The position numbers and the translations under genes were made by a program. The notes under the pieces are model-generated. The model saw nothing but the letters and a program-made list of their open reading frames with translations, did no database searches and was not told where the DNA came from. From Lingula anatina (lineage: Eukaryota; Animalia; Brachiopoda), in the NCBI GenBank assembly GCA_051362555.1, contig JBPQGU010000016.1:3038001-3102000 (forward strand): DNA of 64,000 nucleotides, in the 5' to 3' direction. Within the stretch, counting starts at the first letter, position 1, and each line of letters begins with the position of its first letter. Positions 52,504 through 64,000 of this stretch are shown here, piece by piece.

Positions 52504-52917
52504 ATGCCTACAATAAATCAATTAACTAGAAAAGGAAGAGGAAATAAAAGAATTAAATCTAAAACTCCTATTTTACGTATATGAACAAATTCATTAAATA
52601 AGAAAACAAGTGTTTTGTACTCTCCACAAAAAAGTGGTGTTTGTTTGCGTGTTGGAACAATGACACCAAAAAAACCTAATTCTGCTTTAAGAAAATATGC
52701 ACGTGTTGCTTTAACAAATGGAAAAGAAGTAACAGTATATATTCCAGGAGAAGGACATAATTTACAAGAACACTCATCTGTTCTTATTCGTGGTGGTAAT
52801 GTTCGTGATTTACCAAGTGTTAGATATAAAATTATACGTAATGTTTTAGACACGCAAGGTGTTAAAGAAAGAAAAACATCACGTTCAAAATATGGAGTTA
52901 AAAGACCAAAAAAATAA
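52504..52917 (+). CDS. rpsL: 30S ribosomal protein S12
   Basis: [18 protein letters not shown] and [10 protein letters not shown]. Confidence 0.98.
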
Positions 52918-52920
52918 AAA

Positions 52921-53385
52921 ATGCGTAAATTAAAACCAATTAAAAGAAAAGTATTACCTGATTCAGTTTATAATTCAGTTCTTGTAACAAAATTAATTAT
53001 TTCTGTTATGAAATCAGGAAAGAAAAATTTAGCTTTAAAAATTGTTTATGAAACTTTTAATAATTTAAAAAAAGAAAAAAAAGATCCATTAAAAGTTTAT
53101 GAAAAAGTTTTAGAAAATTTAAAACCTAATGTTGAATTAAAATCTAAAAAAGTAGGAGGTGCTCGTTATCAAGTTCCTACAAAAGTTACAAGTGATAGAC
53201 AAATTGCACTTGCATTAAGATGATTAATAGATGCAGCTAGAAAACGTAAAGAAAAAACAATGATTGAAAGATTAACACAAGAAATTAAATTAGCTGCTAA
53301 AAAAGATGGAACAGCTTATAAGAAAAAAGAAACTGTTCATAAAATGGCAGAAGCAAATAAAGCATTTGCATATTTTTCTTGATAA
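52921..53385 (+). CDS. rpsG: 30S ribosomal protein S7
   Basis: [21 protein letters not shown] and [11 protein letters not shown]. Confidence 0.98.
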
Positions 53386-53425
53386 AAAATATACAAAAAA
53401 ATTAAAGGGGTTAATTTTTATTTAA

Positions 53426-55516
53426 ATGAATTTAGAACAAATTTCAAAACTACGTAATATTGGTATTATGGCACATATTGATGCTGGAAAAACAACTACA
53501 ACAGAAAGAATTTTATATCATACTGGTCGTATAACAAAAATTGGTGAAACACATGAAGGTGAATCACAAATGGATTGAATGGATCAAGAACAAGAACGTG
53601 GTATTACAATTACATCTGCTGCTACAACAGTATTTTGAAAAGAAAATAAAATAAATATAATTGATACTCCTGGACATGTTGATTTTACAATTGAAGTAGA
53701 ACGTTCATTACGTGTTTTAGATGGTGCTGTTACTGTTTTAGATGCACAAGTTGGTGTTGAACCACAAACTGAAACTGTTTGACGTCAAGCAGATAATTAT
53801 AAAGTACCTAGAATTATTTTTTTAAATAAAATGGATAAAATTGGTGCTGATCCAGAAAAAGCAGTAAAAACAATAATTGATAGATTAGGTGGTAATCCAT
53901 GTCCTATTCAAGTTGCAATTGGTGCTGAATCAGATTTTAAAGGAATTGTTGATTTAATGACAATGAAAGCATATTTTTATGATGGTGGTCCACATGAAAT
54001 TGCAGATATTAAAGAAATTCCTGAAGAATTAAAAGAAAAATGTGATTTAGCAAGAGCAGAAATGATAGAAAAAATTGTTACTTTTGATGATAATTTGATG
54101 AATAAATATTTAGAAGGTGATGATATTACTGTTTCTGAATTAAAATCTGCACTTAGAAAAGGTACATTAAAATGTGAAATTTTTCCAGTTTTAGTTGGAA
54201 CTGCATTTAAAAACAAAGGTGTTAAACCACTTATTGATGCAATTGTAGATTTTTTACCATCTCCAAATGATATTAAACTTGTTAAAGGTGAAACTCTTGA
54301 TGGAAAAAAAATTGAAAGAAAATTAACATCTGATGAACCATTTAGTGCATTAGTTTTTAAAATTATGACAGATCCATACATTGGAAAATTAGTATTTTTA
54401 AGAATATATTCTGGTAAATTATTATCTGGTTCATATGTAATAAATACTAATAAAGGTATTAAAGAAAGAGTTGGTCGTTTAATTCAAATGCATGCAAATA
54501 CTAGAAAAGAAATTAAAGAAGCATATGCTGGTGATATAGTTGCTGCAGTAGGGATTAAAAAAACATTTACTGGAGAAACAATTTGTGATTTAAATAATCA
54601 AATTATTTTGGAAAAAATGCACTTTCCAGAACCAGTTATTTCAATGTCATTAGAACCTGCAACAAAAGCTGATCAAGAAAAAATGAGTGATGCATTAAAA
54701 GGATTAGCATCAGAAGATCCAACATTTAGAACTTGAATGGATTATGAAACAAATCAAACAATTATTGCTGGTATGGGTGAATTACATCTTGATGTTTTAA
54801 TTGAAAGAATGAGACGTGAATTTAAAGTTGATGTTAAAGTTGGACAACCAAAAGTTTCATATCGTGAGGCATTAACTGGTCTTGCAGATGTTGAAATAAA
54901 ATATGCAAAACAATCTGGTGGTCGTGGTCAATATGGACATGTTTTAATTAAATTTGAACCACTTGTTGATTCAGAGAATAATTTTGAGTTTGTTAATAAA
55001 ATTTCAGGTGGTAAAATTCCAAAAGAATATATTAAACCAATTGAAACATCATTATTAAAAAATATGGAAAAAGGAATTATTGCTGGATATCCTGTTGTTA
55101 AATTAAAAGCAACACTTTATGATGGTTCTTTCCATGATGTTGATTCATCTGAATTTGCATTTAAAGTTGCTGCTGCAATGGCATTAAGAGAAACAAAAAA
55201 TAAAACAAAAATTCAAATTCTAGAACCTATTATGGATGTTGAAGTAACAACTCCAATTGAATATTATGGTGATGTTATTGGCGATTTAACTTCTAGAAGA
55301 GGTTCAATAAAAGAAACAACTAGAAATAAAGGTATTGAAGTTATTAAATCTGAAGTTCCATTAGATGAAATGTTTGGATATTCAACTATTCTTCGTTCAA
55401 TAACACAAGGACGTGCAAATTATTCAATGAAATTTTTAAATTATAAAGCATCTCCAAAATCAATTCAAGAAAAAATTATTAAAGAAAATAACTTTACTGG
55501 TGCTTCAATTGAATAA
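53426..55516 (+). CDS. fusA: elongation factor G
   Basis: [27 protein letters not shown] and GMGELHL. Confidence 0.99.
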
Positions 55517-55550
55517 AATAATTTAATTAAAATTAATATAAAATTAAATT

Positions 55551-56156
55551 ATGAGTGGAATTAGTTGATTAAATAAAGGTACATTATCTTTAATAACTGG
55601 ACCAATGTTTTCTGGTAAAACAGAAGAGTTAATAAGAAGAATAAATGTTTTAAGAAGAGCAAAAAAAAAAGTTTTAGTTTTTAAACCATTAATTGACAAA
55701 CGTTATACTTATAAAAATATTCTTATTTCACATAATAAAACACAAATTGAAGCTAATTTAATTTCTGATTTAAATTCTTTTAAAAAAATTTTAGAAAAAA
55801 ATAAAAATTTTGATGCAATTGCAATTGATGAGGTACAATTTTTAGATATTTCAATTTTTCCAATTATTAAAGAATTAATAAAACAAGATAAAATTGTTAT
55901 TTGTAGTGGTTTAGATAAAGATTATTGAAATCAATATAATAGTTTGTTATCTCATTTATTAGTTTATTCAGATGTAATTGATAAATATTTTTCTATTTGT
56001 TCAAAATGTAATAATATTGCAACACATAGTCAAAGAATTAAAGATTTTAAAGTTGTAGATTATAATTATCCAAAAATTTTAATTGGTGGTACAGGTAAAT
56101 ATGAACCACGTTGTAGAAAATGTTTTATTGAATTTGATTTAAATAAATATGAATAA
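55551..56156 (+). CDS. tdk: thymidine kinase paralog 2
   Basis: GPMFSGKTEELIRR, DEVQF, SGLD and YEPRCRKC. Confidence 0.93.
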
Positions 56157-57219
56157 GTTATTAAACGAAAAATTAAATAAATTAAAAAAAAAATATGATG
56201 CAAATATAAATAAACTTTCAGATAGTAAAGTTATTTCTAATTTAGATGAATATACTAAAATTTCAAAAGAAATTTCTTCTCTTAAAAATGTTGTTGATTT
56301 TTTTAATCATTGATTAAAAAATCAAAGTGAAATTAAACAATTAAAAAAAATGATTAATTCTGTTGAAATTGATTTAAAAGAAGAAATAAAAAATGAGATT
56401 TTAAATTTAGAAAAAGAATCAGAAGAAATAATAAATAAAATTGAAAAAGAATTTGAAGAAAAATCAAAAGAAAAAGATGGTAATACAATTATTGAAATAC
56501 GTTCTGCAGCAGGTGGTGTAGAATCAGAATTATTTGCTTTTGAATTAGTACAGGCTTATTTTAAATTTTTAAAAAAATTAAAAATAAAAACAGAAATTTT
56601 ATCAACTAGTGGAACAGATTCTGGAGGATATTCATTAATTTCAATTCTTGTAAAAGATAAACAAATTTTTAATAAACTTCAATTTGAAGCAGGTGTTCAT
56701 AGAGTTCAAAGGGTACCAAAAACTGAAACACAAGGAAGAGTACACACTTCAACAGTTACAGTTGCTATTTTAAAAGAAAGAAATGAAACAGAAGTTAAAA
56801 TAAATCCTGATGAAATAAGAATTGATACATTTAGAAGTAGTGGAGCTGGTGGTCAACATGTTAATACAACAAATTCTGCAATACGTATAACTCATTTAAA
56901 AACTGGAATTGTTGTTTCTTGTCAAGATGGGCGTTCGCAACATGATAATAAAGATAAAGCTTTAAAAGTATTAAGAAGTCGTTTATATAATTATTATGAA
57001 TCAAAAGCAAGTAAAGAATTTAGTGAAAAAAGAAGTAAACAAGTAGGAACAGGAATGAGATCTGAAAAAATTAGAACTTATAATTTTCCACAAAATAGAG
57101 TTACTGATCATAGAATTAATTATTCATATAAAAATATTGAAAAAGTTATGCAAGGTGATTTTGAACCATTTTGAAATATACTTTTGATTTGAAAAAAAGA
57201 ACAAGAATTAAAAAAATAA
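56149..57219 (+). CDS. prfA: peptide chain release factor 1
   Basis: RVPKT (PxT), GAGGQHVN and [19 protein letters not shown]. Confidence 0.98.
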
Positions 57220-57341
57220 AATATTAAAAAAATAAAATATTAAAAATTTAACATTTTTTTTTCTTTATTTAACACAATGTTTTGTTTTGTTTTTTTTAAT
57301 GATATTTTTTTTTGTTATTATATTAAATAATAAAATTAAAT

Positions 57342-58763
57342 ATGTTTAATACTGAAATTTCTAAAAAATTTTGAAAAAAAGTTTTATTTTTATTTTTGAT
57401 AATAATTTCTTTAGTTATTTTAGTTATTTTTAGTGTAATAAAAAGTTTTGATAGTTTAAGTTCATATGTTAACATTACATTTCCACAAGGTTATAATGAC
57501 CGTGGATTTAATCAAAAAATAATCGAAGGTGTTTGTGAAGGTGAAGGTATTAAAACTTATGACTGTAATAGAAAAAACAATGAATTTTCAAGTAAAATAG
57601 GTTTTGCATTTTCAGGTAGCGCATTAGATCCAGAAATAAATAAAAAACATATTGATTACTTTATAAAAACATATGGTATTGACAAAGTTGTTTTACCAGG
57701 ATTTACATTGACTTCTTTTTTAAAAAAGTATTTAAAATCTTATGATGAAAATATTAAATTTGTTTCAGTTGGTACATATTATAGCAAAGATAAAAATGAT
57801 ATAAATTGACCTAAAAATTTATGACAAACAAATTCTTTACAACATTATTCTGGTTATCATGCTGGTATTTATTCTGCAGCATGAGCAGCAGAAAATTTAG
57901 ATAAATTAAAAGATGGTAATAAAAAAAGACCAGGTAAACAAATTCATTTTAGTAGTATTGGTGGATTGACAATTGATCCTATTTTAAAATATGCTTTAGG
58001 ATTTAAAGTGGGTATTTATATTTTTAATAAAATTTATCAATTAAAAAATAAAACAGATGATATTAATAAAAGAGTTGAATTTATACATAGTGAATATGAT
58101 GAAATTGGTTCATTTGATGCATCTGATTTAACTATTAAAAAGAAAGCAAAAACAGTTAGTGAAAGAATTTTTGCAAATGGATCATCAATTATTTTTATGA
58201 TAGCTGTTCCATTTGTTTCAGATGCAGCAGATGCAGCATTAGAACAAGATGAAAAATCAAATAAAAAACATTTTGTTATAGGTGTTGATGTTGATGCAAA
58301 AGAAAATTTAGGTGGTCAACAATTAAAAAAAATAATTACATCTGCAATAATTGATTATAAAAGAATTGTTAAAAATATTTATAAAACTGAAATTTATAAA
58401 AAATTGAGTGGTAAAAACTTAATATTTGGAGGACATAATTTTGGAACAATACCAGAATCATATAAAAAAGATATTATTTGAAAAAAATATTTTGTTAAAT
58501 CTAAATTGTATAAAGATGTTATTAATTTAAATAGTTTAAGTCCAAATATTTTAGGTAACAATAAACCACAAATTGCAAAGATAGATATAAAAACTGATGT
58601 TTCTAAAATTACTTTAGATAATAAAGGTTTAATACTTTTATATTTAGAATATTTAAAATCAATTAATAAAATTGCAGATAAAAAAGAATATTATGATTTG
58701 CTTCGTAGCCAAAATCCAATTGAATATATGAGAAAAAGAGACTTATCATTAAATGATAAATAG
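57342..58763 (+). CDS. BMP-family substrate-binding protein of a nucleoside ABC transporter
   Basis: NDRGFNQ, PGF, SGYHAG, GFKVG and IGVDVD. Confidence 0.85.
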
Positions 58764-58769
58764 AGAATA

Positions 58770-60506
58770 ATGTTTAAAAATAATACTGCAATAAAATTAA
58801 CAAATATAACTAAAATTTATCCAAATGGTATAAAAGCAAATGAAAACATTAATTTGGAATTAAAATATGGTCAAATACATGCTTTGTTAGGTGAAAATGG
58901 TGCTGGTAAATCAACACTTGTTAAAATAATATTTGGTGAATTTGAAAAAACTTCTGGAAAGATTGAAATTAATGGGAAATTAATAAATTATCATAATCAA
59001 GAAATTTCAAATGCAAATAAAATTGGTATAATTCATCAACATTTTTCATTGATTGATGATTTTTCAATTTATGAAAATATAATTCTTGGAAATGAATTAA
59101 AAAAGCAAGATAAAATTAGAAAAATTGAAGAAAAATTAAAAAATAAAATTGAAAAATTAGACAAGTGATTTAAAGAAAAAAAATATATTAAAAAAAACAA
59201 AAATCATTTAAATATATATGAAAAAAAACTTAATAATTTAATTTTTAAAAAAGATAAAGAAATTATTTCATGACTTTCATATAATAAAGAAAATTATAAA
59301 AAATTAGAAAATTTAATTAAAAAATATAAATTAAATTTAAATTTAGAAAGAAAAATAAAAGATATTTCAATTAATGAACAACAAAAAACAGAAATGTTAA
59401 AGCTTTTATCAAAAGAATCAGAAATTATTATTTTTGATGAACCAACTTCTGTTTTAACTTTAGATGAAATTAAGGAGTTTTTAAAATTATTAGATAAATA
59501 TAGAAAAGCTGGGAAAGCAATTTTATTTATTACACATAAAGTTGATGAAATTAAAGAAATTACTGATAAAGTTTCAATTATTAGACATGGAAACATAATT
59601 GGTACTTATAACACAAAAGATATTACAACTGAAGAAATGATTTCAAAAATGGTTGAAGGTGAAAGGGTTTTTGATTTAGATAATTTTAAAAGAAAAAAAG
59701 TATTAGATGAAAAAAGATTAGTAGTAAAAAATTTAAATCTTTTATCAAATAATAAAAAAGAATGTTTACATAATATTAGTTTTGAATTAAATAAAGGTGA
59801 AATTGTTGGAATTGCTGGAATAGAAAATAATGGTCAAAAACAAATACTTGAAACTATTACTGGAATTGAAAAAAATATTAATGGGAAAATTTATTATGAT
59901 GGAAATACAAGTTTTTTTTCAAATAATTTTTTAGAACAAAAGATGGATTGAAAAAAATATAAAGTACAAACATTAAAAAAACATGGTATCTCTTATGTTC
60001 CAAGAGATAGAATTAATGAAGCTTTATTAAAAAATGAAAGTTTATATATAAATATATGTTTTAATAGTCTTGAAAATCAAGAATATTTTAGTGGTATTTT
60101 TGGAAATATTGAATATGAAAAAATAAAAAAGATAACAAAAAATATGTGTAAAAAATACAACATTAAAGGAACAAATGATGTTGAAGAAACAGCACAAACA
60201 TTATCAGGTGGTAATCAACAAAAATTTATTATTGGTCGTGAAATGTTAAATGATCCTGAGTTATTATTAATTGATCAACCAACTTGAGGAATTGATAAAC
60301 TTTCGATTGGATTTATTTATGAAGAATTTATGAAATTAAGAAATAGAGGAAAAACAATTTTATTTACATCAACAGATTTAGGAGAAATATTATCTTTATC
60401 AGATAGAGTATTGGTTTTAAGTAAAGGGCGTATTATGGGAGAAGTTAATCCAAAAGAAACAAACGCTTTAAATAAAATAAGTAAATTAATAACAAAAGGA
60501 ATATAA
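58770..60506 (+). CDS. nucleoside/sugar ABC transporter ATP-binding protein (two ATPase domains)
   Basis: GENGAGKST, HQHF, FDEPT, ITHK, LSGGNQQK and QPTWGID. Confidence 0.93.
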
Positions 60507-60511
60507 AAGTA

Positions 60512-61624
60512 ATGAATTATAAATATTTAAATAAAGGAATTAATAAATTAATTGTTACTATTTTTTCAATTTTTTTGGTTATTTTTATTTTTTGATTATT
60601 ATTATTTTCAGTTCCTGGTCAAAATGGTAATTTATTAGTAAAAAATTTATTTTATGATTGAATTTTTTCAAAAAGACAAATATTAGAAATTTTTTCAGTT
60701 TTTGCACCTTTTTTAATTGGTTCTTTATCAGTTTTATTATGTTATAAATCAGGTCTTGTAAATGTTTTTGTTGCAGGACAAATGTCATTATCTGGATTAG
60801 TAATTTATTTTACTGGGTATGGTTTAAAAAAAATACAACCAAATGTAAATTGATTTCCATTATTAGTTTTATCAGGAATAATTGCATCTGTTTTTCTTTC
60901 ATTACTTGTTGCATTTTTAAAAATTTATTTTAATATAAATGAAGTTTTAACAGGTATTTTCTTTAATTTTATAGTAATGTTTTTATTTAGATTTTTAGTA
61001 AAACAAAAAGAAATATTAGATCCTATTGAAAAATTATCAACAAAAGAATCATTAGGAATTATTGTTCAATATAATTTTGCAATTTTTGAAATAATTCCAA
61101 TTTCAGTGATTATTTCAATCATTATTTTTTCTTTTATTGGTTATTTAATGTTTAAAACAAGGTATGGTTTAAAACTTAAAATGCTTAGTAAATATAAAAA
61201 GTCAGTTAGATATACAGGAATAGATTATAGAAAAAATGTATTTAAAATATTCTTAATTTCTGGAATAATGTCTGGAGTTGCAGGAATGTTTTATTATTTT
61301 AAAAATATTGAAAGTAATAAGTTATATTTAAATGAAGCTTTACCAAATAATGGTTTTGATACAATTACAATTGTTTGATTATCGCAATATTCTGTTATTG
61401 GTTTGCCATTTGTTTCATTTTTTATAGCATTAATTAGATGTCAACAAAATACAATACCAATTAGTCATTTAACAACTGAAGTTTCGCAAGTTGTTATAGG
61501 TCTTATTTTGTTATTAGTTCCATTTTTTAATCAATTATTTTTTAATGAAGAACAAAAATTAAAGATAAAATCTATTTTTAATCAATTTAAAAGAAAATTT
61601 CAAAATAATAGGAGTTTTGTTTAA
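60512..61624 (+). CDS. nucleoside ABC transporter permease 1
   Basis: GLVNVFVAGQ, INEVLTGI, ISGIMSGVAG and GFDTITI. Confidence 0.9.
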
Positions 61625-62685
61625 TGAGTGAAATAATTACAAATTGATATGATATACGTAATTTTTTTGAAACAAAAACATTATTAATTTTTGGTTTTCT
61701 TTTATTAATTGCAATTACTGCTTTATTTTGTTCTAAAGCTGGAATTATAAATCTTGCACTTGAAGGTCAATTGATAACAGGTGTTTTTGGATATGTTATT
61801 TTTGGTTTAATTTTAAAAAAAACAATAACAATTCAAAATGCAATATATTTAAATACATTTTTAAGTATTTTAGGTTCATTTTTATTTGTATTTTTGATAA
61901 CATTAATATTTGGATTTTTAACAATAACCTTAAAAATTAATCAAATTCTTGTTGGTATTGGTATAAATATTGTAACTGGAGGAATAGCTTCATTTGTTAC
62001 AATAATTCTTACTAATGATGTAGCATTTACAAGTAAACATTTTGATACATTTTTTACATTTTCAAGTTATGAAAGTTTTATGTATCAAAAAGTTACTAAT
62101 TATTTTCAATTATTTTTACCAATTTTGTTATTATTTTTTATCATTCCATTTGTTTGATTTTTTATTGCAAAAACAACAACAGGATTAAGAATAAAATCAG
62201 TTGGTATTGATCCAAAAGTTTTGAAAACATTAGGTATTTCACCCGAAAGATATAAATATATTGCTGTTTTATTAGGTTCATTTTTAATGACTATAGCATC
62301 TTGATTTTTTGTAGAATTTAGCGGAAAATTTTCCGGATCTGTTTCTGGCTTTGGATATTTAGGGTTATCAATGATGTTGTTGGGAAGAAGCAAAGTTTTA
62401 TTTATTTCAATATTTACTTTATTAATTGCAATGTTATCAAATTTTACATCAAAAATAATTTCTATTGAACCAGATCCAGAAATTTATATAACACAATTAC
62501 AAAAAGATGAATTTAGAAGTTATTATTCATCATTAGAAAATTTATTTAATGCTTTAGTTTATGTAATACCAATTTTAATTATTGTTTTTTATGAAATTGT
62601 TAAAAAAATAAATAATAATAAATCAAAATTAAAAATTAAATATAAAGAATTAAAAACAAAAAAAACAAATAAAAATCAAATTTAA
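61624..62685 (+). CDS. nucleoside ABC transporter permease 2
   Basis: KAGIINLALEG, NQILVGIGIN, TTGLRIKSVG and GFGYLGL. Confidence 0.9.
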
Positions 62686-62918
62686 ACAAATTTTAATATG
62701 TATTTATATAAAATATGATTTAAATAAAATTAAAAAATTTCTATTAATAATTTTTTAAAATAAAAATAATATAAATTATAATTTTAATTAATATTTATAT
62801 TGAAAATTATTGATAAAAAAATGATATTTTAGAATTATTAAGTAATATAAAATATAAAAATATTATTGTTATTTTTTAGTAATAAATAATTTTTTTAATA
62901 AAAGATAAAATTAAATAA

Positions 62919-63545
62919 ATGAAAATTAAAAAAATATTTTTTTATGAATCAGAATTTATTATTTATCAAAAAGTTTTAATGCCAAGACCAGAGACAGAAC
63001 AATTGGTTGATTTAACTTTTGAAAATTTTATTAAATTATTTCCATATAAAAATAAAGTTTTAGAAATTGGTTGTGGTTCTGGAGTTATTTCTATTTCTCT
63101 TTTTAAAAAAAATAAAAATTTAGAAATTGATTCTGTTGATATTTCTGATTTAGCTATTAAAAATACAAAAGAAAATGCAAAAAAATTAAATGCTAAATTA
63201 AATATTTATAAAAGTAATATGTTTGAAAATGTAAATGGTAAATTTGATTTAATTATTGCAAATTTACCATATGTTGAAGATGATTTTATATTTTCTAATG
63301 AAATTTTAAATTGAGATCCAAAAGAAGCACTATTTGGTGGTAAAGATGGATTGTATTTTTTTAAAATATTTTTTAAAAATGTAACAAAATATTTAAAAAA
63401 AAATTTTTTAATAGCATTAGAAATTGGATATAAACAAAAAAAAGACATTAAAGAATTAATTAAAAATAACTTAAATAATGTTAATTTTGAATTTAAAAAT
63501 GACTATTCAGGTTTAAATCGTTTTGTTTTTATATATAATTTTTAA
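62919..63545 (+). CDS. prmC: release factor glutamine methyltransferase HemK/PrmC, N-terminally short (208 aa)
   Basis: VLMPRPETEQLV, EIGCGSG, ANLPY, ALFGGKDGL, EIGYKQ and DYSG..R. Confidence 0.88.
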
Positions 63546-63548
63546 ATA

Positions 63549-64000
63549 ATGACTAAAGAAGAAATAATTTTAAAATTAAATAATAATGAAATTGGAATTA
63601 TTCCAACTGATACAATTTATGGAATTGTTACAAAAATTGGGAATTTAAAAACAGAGAAAAAAATTTTTAAAATTAAAAAAAGATCTAAAAATAAAAAGCT
63701 ACCAATTTTAGTTTCTTCTTTTGAACAATTAAAAGAATTTATTGAAATTGATGATAATATTAAAAATTTTTTTGAAGAATTAATTGAACCAATAACCGTT
63801 ATTTTTGAATCAAAGAATAAAAAAAAAGAAACAATTGCAATTAGAATGGTTAAATGAGAATGATTAAAAGATATTATTGATAAAACAGGCCCACTTTTTG
63901 CAACAAGTTGTAATATTAGTGGCAAATATGAATTTAATAATTTATATTTTTGATTAAAAAAAGTTGATTTTATTGAATTAAATGAAAAAACATGTTCAGT
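63549..64000 (+). CDS. tsaC: L-threonylcarbamoyladenylate synthase (Sua5/YrdC), partial
   Basis: PTDTIYG, KKR..K.L, IAIR and ATSCNISG. Confidence 0.9.

Noticed and set aside
55516-55551. Absence of tuf after fusA as a novelty
   Set aside because: Separation of tuf from rpsL-rpsG-fusA is common in Mollicutes.
41890-64000. Apparent fragmentation or pseudogenisation of housekeeping genes in the ORF track
   Set aside because: The breaks I checked are TGA codons, and the fragments are in frame under code 4.

Overview
Very AT-rich Mollicutes-type chromosome segment using genetic code 4 (TGA=Trp). The supplied ORF track treats TGA as stop and so fragments most genes; I re-read them through TGA by hand. 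Three zones are visible. (1) 1-22 kb is a defence-rich accessory region around nfo and nusB: a ParB-like protein, an OLD-type ATPase-TOPRIM nuclease, two Panacea (DUF4065)/PemK-like toxin-antitoxin pairs, three type II R-M pairs and a DUF262 pseudogene. Cargo cassettes there are separated by progressively decayed copies of the nfo 3' end. (2) 22-41.5 kb is a tandem locus of membrane-anchored surface proteins: collagen-like fibres with a shared N-terminal anchor, variable stalk length and different C-terminal heads, plus decayed relics, a recurrent Trp-rich module I cannot name, and a seven-repeat beta-propeller-like protein. (3) 41.9-64 kb is housekeeping: four NSS transporters around metK, a phosphohexomutase, two tdk paralogs flanking rpsL-rpsG-fusA, prfA, a BMP nucleoside ABC transporter, prmC and tsaC/sua5. 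I saw no rRNA, tRNA, CRISPR array, transposase or integrase. All family calls come from motif recognition by eye, not database searches.
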